The notes under the pieces were generated by a model. It saw only the letters and a list, made by a program, of their open reading frames with translations, ran no database searches and had not been told where the DNA came from. DNA of 11,372 nt from a virus (lineage: Duplodnaviria; Heunggongvirae; Uroviricota; Caudoviricetes): the IMG/VR virus record IMGVR_UViG_2529293140_000004, positions 1 to 11,372 of that record; one strand, written 5' to 3'. A program made the position numbers and the translations under genes. Shown here piece after piece: positions 1-6,674 of the stretch (its first letter is position 1; each line of letters opens with the position of its first letter).

Positions 1-201
1 TTACCCATTGGCGCGGCTTAAGAGCTTATTTTTGAATTCACAATGGTCACGATATAACCATCTTGCTCGACCGTGGATAACTTTGGCTTTTGGCAGGTCT
101 CCGGACTTAATCCGGTCATAGATGAAGGTCTTACCGAAGCCAGTATCGGCCATGATGAATTTCAAATCAACCAGTGAATCAGGCTGTAGTTCGTGTTGCA
201 T
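1..201 (-). CDS. xis: Excisionase-like small DNA-binding protein (Xis/AlpA-type), 66 aa
   Basis: ORF-track 66 aa product (…LVDLKFIMADTGFGKTFIYDRIKSGDLPKAKVIHGRARW…) has the pattern of AlpA/Xis-type winged-helix excisionases; it is the last gene of the leftward operon, where lambdoid phages place xis upstream of int. ATG at 201..199, stop at 1..3 on the window edge. Confidence 0.6.
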   Translation of the reverse strand: MQHELQPDSLVDLKFIMADTGFGKTFIYDRIKSGDLPKAKVIHGRARWLYRDHCEFKNKLLSRANG

Positions 202-243
202 GAGTGCTATCTCCGAATAGGGAATCGAACCTGCAAATCAGGT

Positions 244-267
244 AATAAAAAACCGCCATCAGGCGGC
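244..267 (-). terminator. Putative intrinsic terminator (minus strand)
   Basis: Short GC stem ccgcc(253-257)/ggcgg(262-266) with 4-nt loop; on the minus strand it is followed by a T-tract (plus A-run 245-252). Overlaps the stop codon of the 55-aa ORF. Confidence 0.4.
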
Positions 268-426
268 TTGGTGTTCTTTCAGTTCTTCAATTCGAATATT
301 GGTTACGTCTGCATGTGCTATCTGCGCCCATATCATCCAGTGGTCATAGCAGTCGTTGATGTTCTCTGCTTCGATAACTCTGTTGAATGGTTCTCCATTC
401 CATTCACCTGTGACTCGGAAGTGCAT
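259..426 (-). CDS. Hypothetical small protein, 55 aa (MHFRVTGEWNGEPFNRVIEAENINDCYDHWMIWAQIAHADVTNIRIEELKEHQAA)
   Basis: Hand-translated minus-strand ORF below the 60-aa track threshold; ATG at 426..424 preceded by GGAG with 7-nt spacer; bracketed by two minus-strand terminator hairpins. Preferred over the antisense plus ORF 193..441. Confidence 0.45.
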   Translation of the reverse strand: MHFRVTGEWNGEPFNRVIEAENINDCYDHWMIWAQIAHADVTNIRIEELKEHQAA

Positions 427-436
427 TTATCATCTC

Positions 437-464
437 CATAAAACAAAACTCGCCGTAGCGAGTT
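437..464 (-). terminator. Putative intrinsic terminator (minus strand)
   Basis: 7-bp stem aactcgc(447-453)/gcgagtt(458-464), loop cgta; on the minus strand the hairpin is followed by TTGTTTTAT (plus 437-446). Confidence 0.45.
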
Positions 465-514
465 CAGATAAAAGAAATCCCCGCGAGTGCGAGGATAGTT
501 ACTTGTTCATATTA

Positions 515-796
515 TTAATCGTCAATGTATTTTGAGCATTGTGGGCAATCATCGATCCCACAATACGATTCATATGCATCCTTTATTGCGTCGCGGGCTT
601 CAGTAAGAGTATTGAATAAGTTGCAGCTATTATCTTTTTGATATAGGTAAGTTCCTAATTTATAAGCAGAAGAAGCATCATTTCCGCTGTCTAAAATTAC
701 ATCGTTATGGATTCTGCACCTTGCAAGAACTCCTGATCCCATAAGGGTCTGCATAGCCCATTGCTCTTGATCTTCACACAAATCATGAATGCTCAT
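515..796 (-). CDS. Hypothetical protein, 93 aa, Cys-containing C-terminus (…YCGIDDCPQCSKYIDD)
   Basis: ORF track 515..814, which begins at GTG; trimmed to the ATG at 796..794, which has a strong SD (AGAGAGGTG, 5-nt spacer). AT-rich gene with an AT-rich upstream region. Confidence 0.55.
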   Translation of the reverse strand: MSIHDLCEDQEQWAMQTLMGSGVLARCRIHNDVILDSGNDASSAYKLGTYLYQKDNSCNLFNTLTEARDAIKDAYESYCGIDDCPQCSKYIDD

Positions 797-910
797 TTCA
801 ACACCTCTCTTCACGTTTCACACACGTTAAGATTAACAGTGTTATTACATGCTTTGGAAGATTTATTTTATAAAAACTCTTTTAATACAAATAGATATAA
901 TAGTTCACTA

Positions 911-1483
911 TTATAGCTCCTTTAATCGAGGCGGTTCTGGTAGAGGCATCCAGTGGGTTACCTCTTTGAGATACAGGTCTTCGCCATCACCGTCATCCCA
1001 AGTGGGATTGCCATCATTAAACCAGTCGCCATATACGCCGACCTGAGTGTTGGGGATGTTTGGTGGGTAGTTGTTTTTAAAGTCAGCTGCTAACACATAG
1101 CATTGTCGCTCTCCCATTTCTGGCATTCGCTCACTACAGCTTATCCAACCATCCGGAGTTACCGGAGAGTTGCCATTTACATCGAAGTTTGGCTCTGCGT
1201 CCTGAACCAGGAGGATGTAACCATTCTTGGCAGTATCAAGTTCTAACGCCTCGGTGACGGTACCGAAATAGCGATTACCTAAATCCGCATCACAAGTGCT
1301 TACATCAATGGAAACCTCCATGCCTTCGATTAATTCTGGCAAGTTGTAAGTTTGGCTTACAAGTTCGGCTTCCAGCGATGCCAGTGCAATCCGTGCCACT
1401 TCCATTTGTTCGCCACGAGTAAGTCCATTATCAAGCGGCTTTTTAATGAATAATTCGATACGCTCTTTGGTAATAGTGGTCAT
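911..1483 (-). CDS. Phage protein, 190 aa, DUF551-like C-terminal region (tentative)
   Basis: ORF track; SD AAGGTGA 7 nt before ATG 1483. C-terminal W/P-rich motif (…THWMPLPEPP) recalls DUF551 phage proteins; family assignment is from memory only. Confidence 0.55.
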   Translation of the reverse strand: MTTITKERIELFIKKPLDNGLTRGEQMEVARIALASLEAELVSQTYNLPELIEGMEVSIDVSTCDADLGNRYFGTVTEALELDTAKNGYILLVQDAEPNFDVNGNSPVTPDGWISCSERMPEMGERQCYVLAADFKNNYPPNIPNTQVGVYGDWFNDGNPTWDDGDGEDLYLKEVTHWMPLPEPPRLKEL

Positions 1484-1485
1484 AG

Positions 1486-1677
1486 CTATTTCACCTTAAT
1501 CTCAACATTTCGCAGCTTTAGCTCTACTGGCAGGTCTGACTTTCCTGTTAATGCTAATGCGAGATTTTCAGGAGTAATGAGAGCAGTTATTGTTTTCCCC
1601 ATTGCCAGACGAATAATCATTCGTATCTCGCGATCGTCACATGCTCCCGGTCGAACAATTGAGATTTGTCCGTTCAT
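1486..1677 (-). CDS. Hypothetical protein, 63 aa
   Basis: ORF track 1486..1719 trimmed to ATG 1677..1675: SD AAGGAG 6 nt upstream, and this ATG sits 1 nt after the TGA stop (1681..1679) of the upstream gene (TGAgATG coupling). Confidence 0.5.
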   Translation of the reverse strand: MNGQISIVRPGACDDREIRMIIRLAMGKTITALITPENLALALTGKSDLPVELKLRNVEIKVK

Positions 1678-1678
1678 C

Positions 1679-2395
1679 TCACTCTCCTTTGATGCGAATG
1701 CCAGCGGCGCGGATTGCATCGATGACTTCAGAAACTTTGTATGCCATTACCGTTTGGTAATCATCGTGAAAAGCTGTTCGATGAAGCATGCTGCTACGTT
1801 CTGGGAGCGATATTTCCCGTGCTTCCAGTTCTGCAATGCGCTTCTCTGCGGCTTCCAGCTTCTCGCGCATATCGTCAACGTACTCGACAAGAGAACCGCC
1901 AGCAGGAATTTCGCACTCCTCGACCAGTTGGAAGTAGATATCAGCTGCGGCCCGTGTGTTGCTATGCCTAGCGTCGCCCATCTCACCTTCACGAAGAGCA
2001 TCGCGTTCGGCGGTAAGATTGGCTATTTTGCTGTCTTTGCCTTCTAGCTCAACGCGCAGCCTCCCAACAGTAAGCGCAATATCCTCGTTCTCCTGGTCGC
2101 GGCGTTTGATGTATTGCTGGTTTCTTTCCCGTTCATCCAGCAGTGCCAGCACGGTAGCCGGATTGGCTGCAGCGATGAATTCAGCATTGGCCTGCTGTTC
2201 CATTTGGAAATCTTCATCGAAACCGCTTTCTGGATGCGCTCCTTCAATTCTGCAAATGGGAATATATCCAGCAGCCTCGCGATGAATTAGTGCATCATCA
2301 CCATCAAAGCTGCCATCTCCATATTCGATCGACCACTCACCACACGTTGCTTTCTCTGCCTTGTCACGCAGTGCCTGATAGTCAATCTCGCTCAC
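1679..2395 (-). CDS. Ead/Ea22-like phage protein, 238 aa (tentative family call)
   Basis: ORF track; start codon is GTG at 2395..2393 preceded by a strong SD AAGGAGG (6-nt spacer). N-terminal MSEIDYQALRDKAEKATCGEW resembles the Ea22-like family of lambdoid b-region proteins (from memory). Confidence 0.6.
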   Translation of the reverse strand: MSEIDYQALRDKAEKATCGEWSIEYGDGSFDGDDALIHREAAGYIPICRIEGAHPESGFDEDFQMEQQANAEFIAAANPATVLALLDERERNQQYIKRRDQENEDIALTVGRLRVELEGKDSKIANLTAERDALREGEMGDARHSNTRAAADIYFQLVEECEIPAGGSLVEYVDDMREKLEAAEKRIAELEAREISLPERSSMLHRTAFHDDYQTVMAYKVSEVIDAIRAAGIRIKGE

Positions 2396-2546
2396 TGGCT
2401 GCCTCCTTTGCTGTGCTTTCTAACTTCTGAGTGGTTGTATCAAACTCAAACAACTTAACCACGTCATCAAACAGGACATAATCGCCATCAGAATCTTCAG
2501 TCATGTCAGCGCCACAATCCTGACCGAACGAGTCACAACCATCCAT
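2382..2546 (-). CDS. Hypothetical acidic small protein, 54 aa (MDGCDSFGQDCGADMTEDSDGDYVLFDDVVKLFEFDTTTQKLESTAKEAASERD)
   Basis: Hand-translated; ATG 2546..2544 lies 6 nt after the stop of the upstream 48-aa ORF; no clear SD; 3' end overlaps the start of the Ea22-like gene by 14 nt. Confidence 0.3.
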   Translation of the reverse strand: MDGCDSFGQDCGADMTEDSDGDYVLFDDVVKLFEFDTTTQKLESTAKEAASERD

Positions 2547-2552
2547 ATCAAG

Positions 2553-2699
2553 CTAGTATCGCTTGAGTTTTGCGATATTTGATAAATTCAGCGCCAGTAC
2601 AGCCAGGTCATAAACCTCTTCGGCGGTATACCCTGCGCCATGCCCATACATTTCAATGCGGGATATGATTTCTTCTACCCGTTGTTTTGTGATCGTCAT
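2553..2699 (-). CDS. Hypothetical small protein, 48 aa (MTITKQRVEEIISRIEMYGHGAGYTAEEVYDLAVLALNLSNIAKLKRY)
   Basis: Hand-translated; strong SD GGGAGGTGA 6 nt before ATG 2699; its ATG overlaps the TGA of the upstream ORF (ATGA). Confidence 0.4.
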   Translation of the reverse strand: MTITKQRVEEIISRIEMYGHGAGYTAEEVYDLAVLALNLSNIAKLKRY

Positions 2700-2809
2700 T
2701 TTTGCTCACCTCCCTGTTCTTCCAGAAAAATACGCATAGCCTCAAGCATCTCTTCTGTGTCATACGGTGACAGCTTGTCACGTAGAGGCCGCTTGTCGAT
2801 ATTGCTCAT
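2696..2809 (-). CDS. Hypothetical small protein, 37 aa (MSNIDKRPLRDKLSPYDTEEMLEAMRIFLEEQGGEQK)
   Basis: Hand-translated; ATGA overlaps at both ends (with the 61-aa ORF upstream and the 48-aa ORF downstream); SD GAGGT 4 nt upstream. Confidence 0.35.
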   Translation of the reverse strand: MSNIDKRPLRDKLSPYDTEEMLEAMRIFLEEQGGEQK

Positions 2810-2991
2810 TGGAACCTCGCATGATTCTTCCAGCGATTCTGTGCTGCGCTGTTTTTGAATTGATGCCCTTCACGGCTAACACCACCTAGCGTGAAGAGAA
2901 CCATGCGTCGATTGCTTACATTCAGCCATTGGCGCGGGTAGCAGTTTTTCAGAGCGCGAAGAACGATGATTTTGGCTTTACGGTTTTTCAT
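2806..2991 (-). CDS. Hypothetical basic small protein, 61 aa
   Basis: ORF track; ATG 2991..2989 overlaps the TGA (2990..2988) of the upstream gene; SD AAGGAG 7 nt upstream. Confidence 0.5.
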   Translation of the reverse strand: MKNRKAKIIVLRALKNCYPRQWLNVSNRRMVLFTLGGVSREGHQFKNSAAQNRWKNHARFQ

Positions 2992-3428
2992 GACTGCACT
3001 CCTTTGCGAATCTTCTGCGCTAAATCATCGAGCATGTTTGCGTAATTGAACTGGTTTACGTCATCAAGGGCGCAAGCTGCCATATCTACACCCTGCGCTC
3101 GAACTTCAGCTAGGAAAGCGTCGGTGGCTGGGGTTTCAGTAACATCATCTTCCCATTCGCTAAACTCCTCACGACAAAAGTCATTAAATTCCTTCTCAGA
3201 TTGCTTAAGTGAGGTATTTTCAGCAGCCATCTTCGCGCATTTAGCCTCAAGGTTATCAATCGTGATTCCAGCAGAACGACACTCCCGCAACGCCGTTTCC
3301 AGTTTTGATTCAAGTTCACCGAACTTACGGACAAGATATTCAGCGTTTGTTTCGTTAACCTTTAAATCACTTGGGATGCATTTACCTTTCAGAAATCCAT
3401 CCATCTCAATTAGTGTCATTTGTTTCAT
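2988..3428 (-). CDS. Hypothetical protein, about 146 aa
   Basis: ORF track 2988..3446 begins at GTG without an SD; the ATG at 3428..3426 overlaps the TGA of the upstream 54-aa ORF (ATGA), so 3428 is taken as the start. Confidence 0.5.
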   Translation of the reverse strand: MKQMTLIEMDGFLKGKCIPSDLKVNETNAEYLVRKFGELESKLETALRECRSAGITIDNLEAKCAKMAAENTSLKQSEKEFNDFCREEFSEWEDDVTETPATDAFLAEVRAQGVDMAACALDDVNQFNYANMLDDLAQKIRKGVQS

Positions 3429-3589
3429 TTCTTCCCACTCCGCCACATAGCATTCAGATATTTGTTGTCATTAACAGAACCGAAACTATTTCTCTTAAGT
3501 AATTCCTCTCTCGATGGCATTGGCTTTACGCGTTGGCGAATAATCATTTCTGCCGGAAGAATGCCGGGATTGTATGCAAGTCCTCTCAT
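3425..3589 (-). CDS. Hypothetical small protein, 54 aa ([15 protein letters not shown]…)
   Basis: ORF track 3425..3742 overlaps the better-supported 98-aa ORF by 143 nt in another frame; trimmed to ATG 3589..3587, which lies after that gene's TAA stop and has SD AAGGA with 7-nt spacer. Confidence 0.45.
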   Translation of the reverse strand: MRGLAYNPGILPAEMIIRQRVKPMPSREELLKRNSFGSVNDNKYLNAMWRSGKK

Positions 3590-3599
3590 TGTAAATTCC

Positions 3600-3896
3600 T
3601 TAGTCATTACTGATAGCGCCATAGCGTGAGCGGTAATTACGCAGGCGCGGGTCGATATATTCAGGGAAGTGGGTATATGTGGCTTTGCGGAACGGTCGGA
3701 TTGATGTCTGGTAAATTCGCTCGCGTTCTTCTTTCTCTGCAAGCCATATACAATGGCGAAATTCCTTTTCCTCTTTCGTTTCCTGCGGTAGCGACATTAT
3801 CCGGTTGTAGTTTTTCCTGAATTTATCCAGCACCTCCGATACGGAATTGCCGGAACAGCGGCGCGCGTCATCCGCACCATACAGAGGCGCTGGCAT
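3600..3896 (-). CDS. Hypothetical protein, 98 aa
   Basis: ORF track; strong SD AGGAG 6 nt before ATG 3896; immediately downstream of ssb. Confidence 0.6.
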   Translation of the reverse strand: MPAPLYGADDARRCSGNSVSEVLDKFRKNYNRIMSLPQETKEEKEFRHCIWLAEKEERERIYQTSIRPFRKATYTHFPEYIDPRLRNYRSRYGAISND

Positions 3897-3909
3897 GATT
3901 TTCTCCTGA

Positions 3910-4416
3910 TTAAATTGCGTGAATAGCGTGACGAGGGAAGGGGAGAGTTACTGGTGCAAAGGGTATATCGTCGTCAAAATCCATCGGAGGTTCGTTGTGT
4001 TGTGCTGGTGATGATTGCTGCTGTGGCTTCTGTGATTGCCTGCTGGCTGCTTGTTGTTTGCTGTCGCCAATGCCGCCAAGCATTTGCATCACGCCATTAA
4101 TTCCGACATGAACCTCGGTTGTGTAACGGTCTTGTCCTGACTGGTCTTTCCACTTTCTGGTTCTCAGCATTCCCTCGAAATAAATCTGATCACCTTTTTT
4201 CACATACTGCCCCACGACCTCAGCCAGTTTCCCGGATACAGCAACACGATGCCATTCAGTCAATTCCTTTTGCTCGCCAGTATTTTTATCTCGCCATTGT
4301 TCTGACGTGGCTATTGTCAGGTTAGCGAACGCTGTACCTGATGGTGAGTATCGAACTTCCGGATCTTGTCCTACCCGACCAAGGATAATCACCTTATTTA
4401 CGCCTCTGCTTGCCAT
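3910..4416 (-). CDS. ssb: Single-stranded DNA-binding protein (SSB), 168 aa, with a 15-aa extension beyond the canonical acidic tip
   Basis: ORF-track product has the SSB OB-fold N-terminus ([44 protein letters not shown]…) and the acidic motif [11 protein letters not shown], followed unusually by [15 protein letters not shown] before the stop. Confidence 0.9.
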   Translation of the reverse strand: MASRGVNKVIILGRVGQDPEVRYSPSGTAFANLTIATSEQWRDKNTGEQKELTEWHRVAVSGKLAEVVGQYVKKGDQIYFEGMLRTRKWKDQSGQDRYTTEVHVGINGVMQMLGGIGDSKQQAASRQSQKPQQQSSPAQHNEPPMDFDDDIPFAPVTLPFPRHAIHAI

Positions 4417-5124
4417 TTATGCCGCCTGTTTTAGTTCGTTAACTCTGATGTTCATTACCTGAACGCATTTAGCCTGCGCCTCCTCGTTGCCAGCCATTAA
4501 TTGCCAGTCACGCTGATAACGCTCGATGAGTTTTTTCTTGTCAGTTTCTGTTGACGCATAATCGCTGAAGTCTTTCAGGATTTGCTCGCAGTCAACCGAT
4601 GGAGATTTCTGGTTGGTATTTTCTGGTGATGGTTTGTTATCTGATGCTGGGATTGCCCATCCCGGCAGCGATGGAGGGAGCCAGTAAAATCCTGTTCCAT
4701 CCTTGAGTTTTGCCCTGTGCCATCCCTGCTTTTTATCGAGAGATGTTTGTGCGAAACCTTCCTCAAGGTTATACAGATACCGACCGATTCCCCACTGAAC
4801 GGCAGCGCGCTTCATTGCACCGGAACGACCACCTTTTACGGCTTCTACCTGCGTGTTTTCAGCAGCATCCCATTTGGTTACCCATTCGGAATCAATCCTG
4901 ATTGATATGCCGCATTCAACGCCTCCGTTGTTGGGAATATCGCGGTATTCATTGCGCCATCCCGCTTTGCCGCAAACATCGTCCAGGCGTTTCATGATTG
5001 CCCTGTTCGTGACATAAGCCAGCACCATAGCCCACACCTTTCCATCGCGTGTTTTACCGCTTTGCTGTATTCGCCATTCGATATCTTCAGGGCTGAATGG
5101 CTCATCGAATTTATTCAAATCCAT
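4417..5124 (-). CDS. Rad52-family (Sak-like) single-strand annealing protein, 235 aa
   Basis: ORF-track product contains …LDDVCGKAGWRNEY… and …EAVKGGRSGAMKRAAVQWGIGRYLY…, matching the two conserved blocks of the Rad52 annealing domain (from memory of eukaryotic Rad52 and phage Sak). Directly abuts ssb (TAA then ATG). Confidence 0.7.
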   Translation of the reverse strand: MDLNKFDEPFSPEDIEWRIQQSGKTRDGKVWAMVLAYVTNRAIMKRLDDVCGKAGWRNEYRDIPNNGGVECGISIRIDSEWVTKWDAAENTQVEAVKGGRSGAMKRAAVQWGIGRYLYNLEEGFAQTSLDKKQGWHRAKLKDGTGFYWLPPSLPGWAIPASDNKPSPENTNQKSPSVDCEQILKDFSDYASTETDKKKLIERYQRDWQLMAGNEEAQAKCVQVMNIRVNELKQAA

Positions 5125-5132
5125 AATTCACC

Positions 5133-5303
5133 TCAGAATGGACATGGCCCAAGGAAATAACGCTGATTTAATACTTCTACTCGGGACAAATTAAGGCATA
5201 CCCGCATTCCTTCGCGGTCACCATTATGGCGATACCAGAGAGCTTTCTGCGTGTACATGCGTCTCTGTAACTTGCTCTCCTTCACTGTGGTTGCAAGTGA
5301 CAT
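5133..5303 (-). CDS. Hypothetical small ORF, 56 aa (ambiguous)
   Basis: Hand-translated; strong SD AAGGAG 6 nt before ATG 5303; stop lies in the SD of the Rad52-like gene. Overlaps the next candidate ORF (5224..5382) by 80 nt in another frame, so only one may be real, or the two may be halves of one frameshifted gene. Confidence 0.3.
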   Translation of the reverse strand: MSLATTVKESKLQRRMYTQKALWYRHNGDREGMRVCLNLSRVEVLNQRYFLGPCPF

Positions 5304-5382
5304 GAATATCTCCTTCGTTACCGATTAATTCTTTCATCTGACGAATGAATTCTTCGTCTGACCAGTTATTTGTAAAACTCAT
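5224..5382 (-). CDS. Hypothetical small ORF, 52 aa (MSFTNNWSDEEFIRQMKELIGNEGDIH…) (ambiguous)
   Basis: Hand-translated; ATG 5382..5380 overlaps the TGA of the kil-like ORF (ATGA). Overlaps ORF 5133..5303. Confidence 0.3.
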   Translation of the reverse strand: MSFTNNWSDEEFIRQMKELIGNEGDIHVTCNHSEGEQVTETHVHAESSLVSP

Positions 5383-5531
5383 TTCCTACGATACCACGGA
5401 AGGTTGATAGCTGATTTCATCGCTTTATTTGCTTCAAGCCACATTTTTGAATCACCAATAAATCTGGCTATTACTGCTTTGTTCTGTGCTGCACGAAGCA
5501 TCTGGTGATTGAAGGCTATTTCATTGCGCAT
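5379..5531 (-). CDS. kil: Kil-like small protein, 50 aa (MRNEIAFNHQMLRAAQNKAVIARFIGDSKMWLEANKAMKSAINLPWYRRK)
   Basis: Hand-translated ORF below the track threshold; SD GAGGT 6 nt before ATG 5531. The motif IARFIGDSKMW resembles my recollection of lambda Kil (IATFIGDEKMF); sits immediately downstream of cIII as in lambda. Confidence 0.5.
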   Translation of the reverse strand: MRNEIAFNHQMLRAAQNKAVIARFIGDSKMWLEANKAMKSAINLPWYRRK

Positions 5532-5647
5532 AATAAGACCTCAACTCTTTTCCATCCGTCACGTAATTTACGGGTGATTCGTTCAAGTAAAGATTCATTT
5601 AGTTGGAAGGCACCCATGCGAGCGCCTCCCGCGATTGCGTAAATCAT
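5516..5647 (-). CDS. cIII: cIII-like protease inhibitor, 43 aa (MIYAIAGGARMGAFQLNESLLERITRKLRDGWKRVEVLLCAMK)
   Basis: Hand-translated codon by codon; SD AAGGA 7 nt before ATG 5647. The core ESLLERITRKLRDGWKR is identical to the conserved central helix of lambda CIII as I recall it. Confidence 0.8.
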   Translation of the reverse strand: MIYAIAGGARMGAFQLNESLLERITRKLRDGWKRVEVLLCAMK

Positions 5648-5784
5648 GGGTGGTTCCTTATGTTGGTTTTATTAGTAGGTTATTTTTGTTGCGAATACTT
5701 CGCCTTTTACGATGGCTGTTATGATATTTTTAGCAACATCTTCTGATGCACCAACCTTGATAAGGTCAGCAAGTATTTTGTTAT

Positions 5785-6639
5785 TTACTTCTTTCCGGTG
5801 AGCTTTATCCTTTGCTCTACGCTCTTCTTCGTCCTTGGTTCTTTTTCTTCTGCTATTCTGGCTTGCTCTTTTGCTTCAGCCTCGCGCCTGATTCGTTCAG
5901 CCTCCTCCTGTGCTTTTCGGCGTTCTGCTTCAATTGCCGCCTGCTTTTCTCTTTCAGCTCGTTCTGTTGCCTCTTTTGCTTCGCGCTGTGCTCGTTGCTC
6001 GGCTTCAATGCGTTCACGCTCTGCACGTTCCGCTGCTGCCTTAGCTTCTGCTTCTCGCCTTGCTGCCGCTTCAATTTCGGCTTTTGCCTTTGCTTCGGCT
6101 TCTGATCTGGCTTTCTCTTCAGCTTCTCTTTTTAAGCGTTCTTCATGCTCTCGCTTTTCCTGCTCCGCTTTGAGTCTTGCCTCTTCTCTTTGGCGGTCAA
6201 ATTCGCGATCCATCAAAATCGCTATTTCATGGTCAGACTCAATTTGCTTTGCGAGAGCTTCAGCTGCTGCCTTAGCTTCTTCTTCAGCTTTAATCCGCGC
6301 CTGTTCCTCTTCATAATCAGTAAGAGGCTGGCGTGCCTTGGCTTTCAGTTCATCAAGGCGGTCGCGCACTGTCTTGCGGTTGGCATCAATTAGCTTTGGA
6401 ATTTCCTTCAGTTCAGCAACAAGGTCTTTGCCAAGACCATCGAGATATGTTTTCGTCTGCGCAACTTTATACGCCAGAGAAGCGATCTCCTTTCTGCCCT
6501 TTGCCGTTGTGATATCAGGCACAAAGGACATAACTTCACGTTCAACCTTTTGGAGGATTTCTTCAATCTGGTCGGCAGACTGAAATACAGTCATTGCATT
6601 TGCTTTTTCAATAACAACTAAATCTGTTACTTCACTCAT
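5785..6639 (-). CDS. Coiled-coil phage protein, 284 aa, globular N-terminal third plus long E/R/A/K-rich low-complexity region
   Basis: ORF track; strong SD AAGGAGG before ATG 6639. Residues from about 100 onward are almost entirely E, R, A, K, Q. Sits upstream of cIII/kil and the recombination genes. Confidence 0.6.
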   Translation of the reverse strand: MSEVTDLVVIEKANAMTVFQSADQIEEILQKVEREVMSFVPDITTAKGRKEIASLAYKVAQTKTYLDGLGKDLVAELKEIPKLIDANRKTVRDRLDELKAKARQPLTDYEEEQARIKAEEEAKAAAEALAKQIESDHEIAILMDREFDRQREEARLKAEQEKREHEERLKREAEEKARSEAEAKAKAEIEAAARREAEAKAAAERAERERIEAEQRAQREAKEATERAEREKQAAIEAERRKAQEEAERIRREAEAKEQARIAEEKEPRTKKSVEQRIKLTGKK

Positions 6640-6674
6640 ATATCCTCCTTAATTTGTATGCGTCAAATCCGCGC

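Noticed and set aside
193-441. Plus-strand 82-aa ORF
   Set aside because: Runs antisense to a better-supported 55-aa minus-strand ORF with an SD and across two minus-strand terminators; every neighbouring gene is on the minus strand.
1577-2285. ORFs 1577..2047, 1741..1971, 1747..2001, 1956..2285 and 2044..2247 overlapping the Ea22-like gene
   Set aside because: Nested in or antisense to the 238-aa gene, which has a strong SD and coherent product; low-complexity products.
3046-3820. Plus-strand ORFs 3046..3450, 3420..3629 and 3626..3820, and minus ORF 3110..3334
   Set aside because: Antisense or alternative-frame overlaps of the translationally coupled minus-strand genes.
4119-4905. Small ORFs inside ssb and the Rad52-like gene (4119..4325, 4575..4766, 4710..4901, 4717..4905)
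   Set aside because: Nested in confidently assigned genes.
5860-6320. Repetitive DNA as a possible CRISPR array or tandem repeat
   Set aside because: No fixed-period direct repeats separated by unique spacers; the repetition is degenerate and codon-level, reflecting the E/R/A/K-rich protein.
5798-6583. Plus-strand ORFs 5798..6316, 5812..6105, 6145..6393 and 6338..6583, plus minus ORF 5853..6074
   Set aside because: Antisense or alternative-frame shadows of the repetitive E/R/A/K-rich gene; products are Ser/Cys/Phe/Leu-rich nonsense with no SD, and they overlap a well-supported minus-strand gene.
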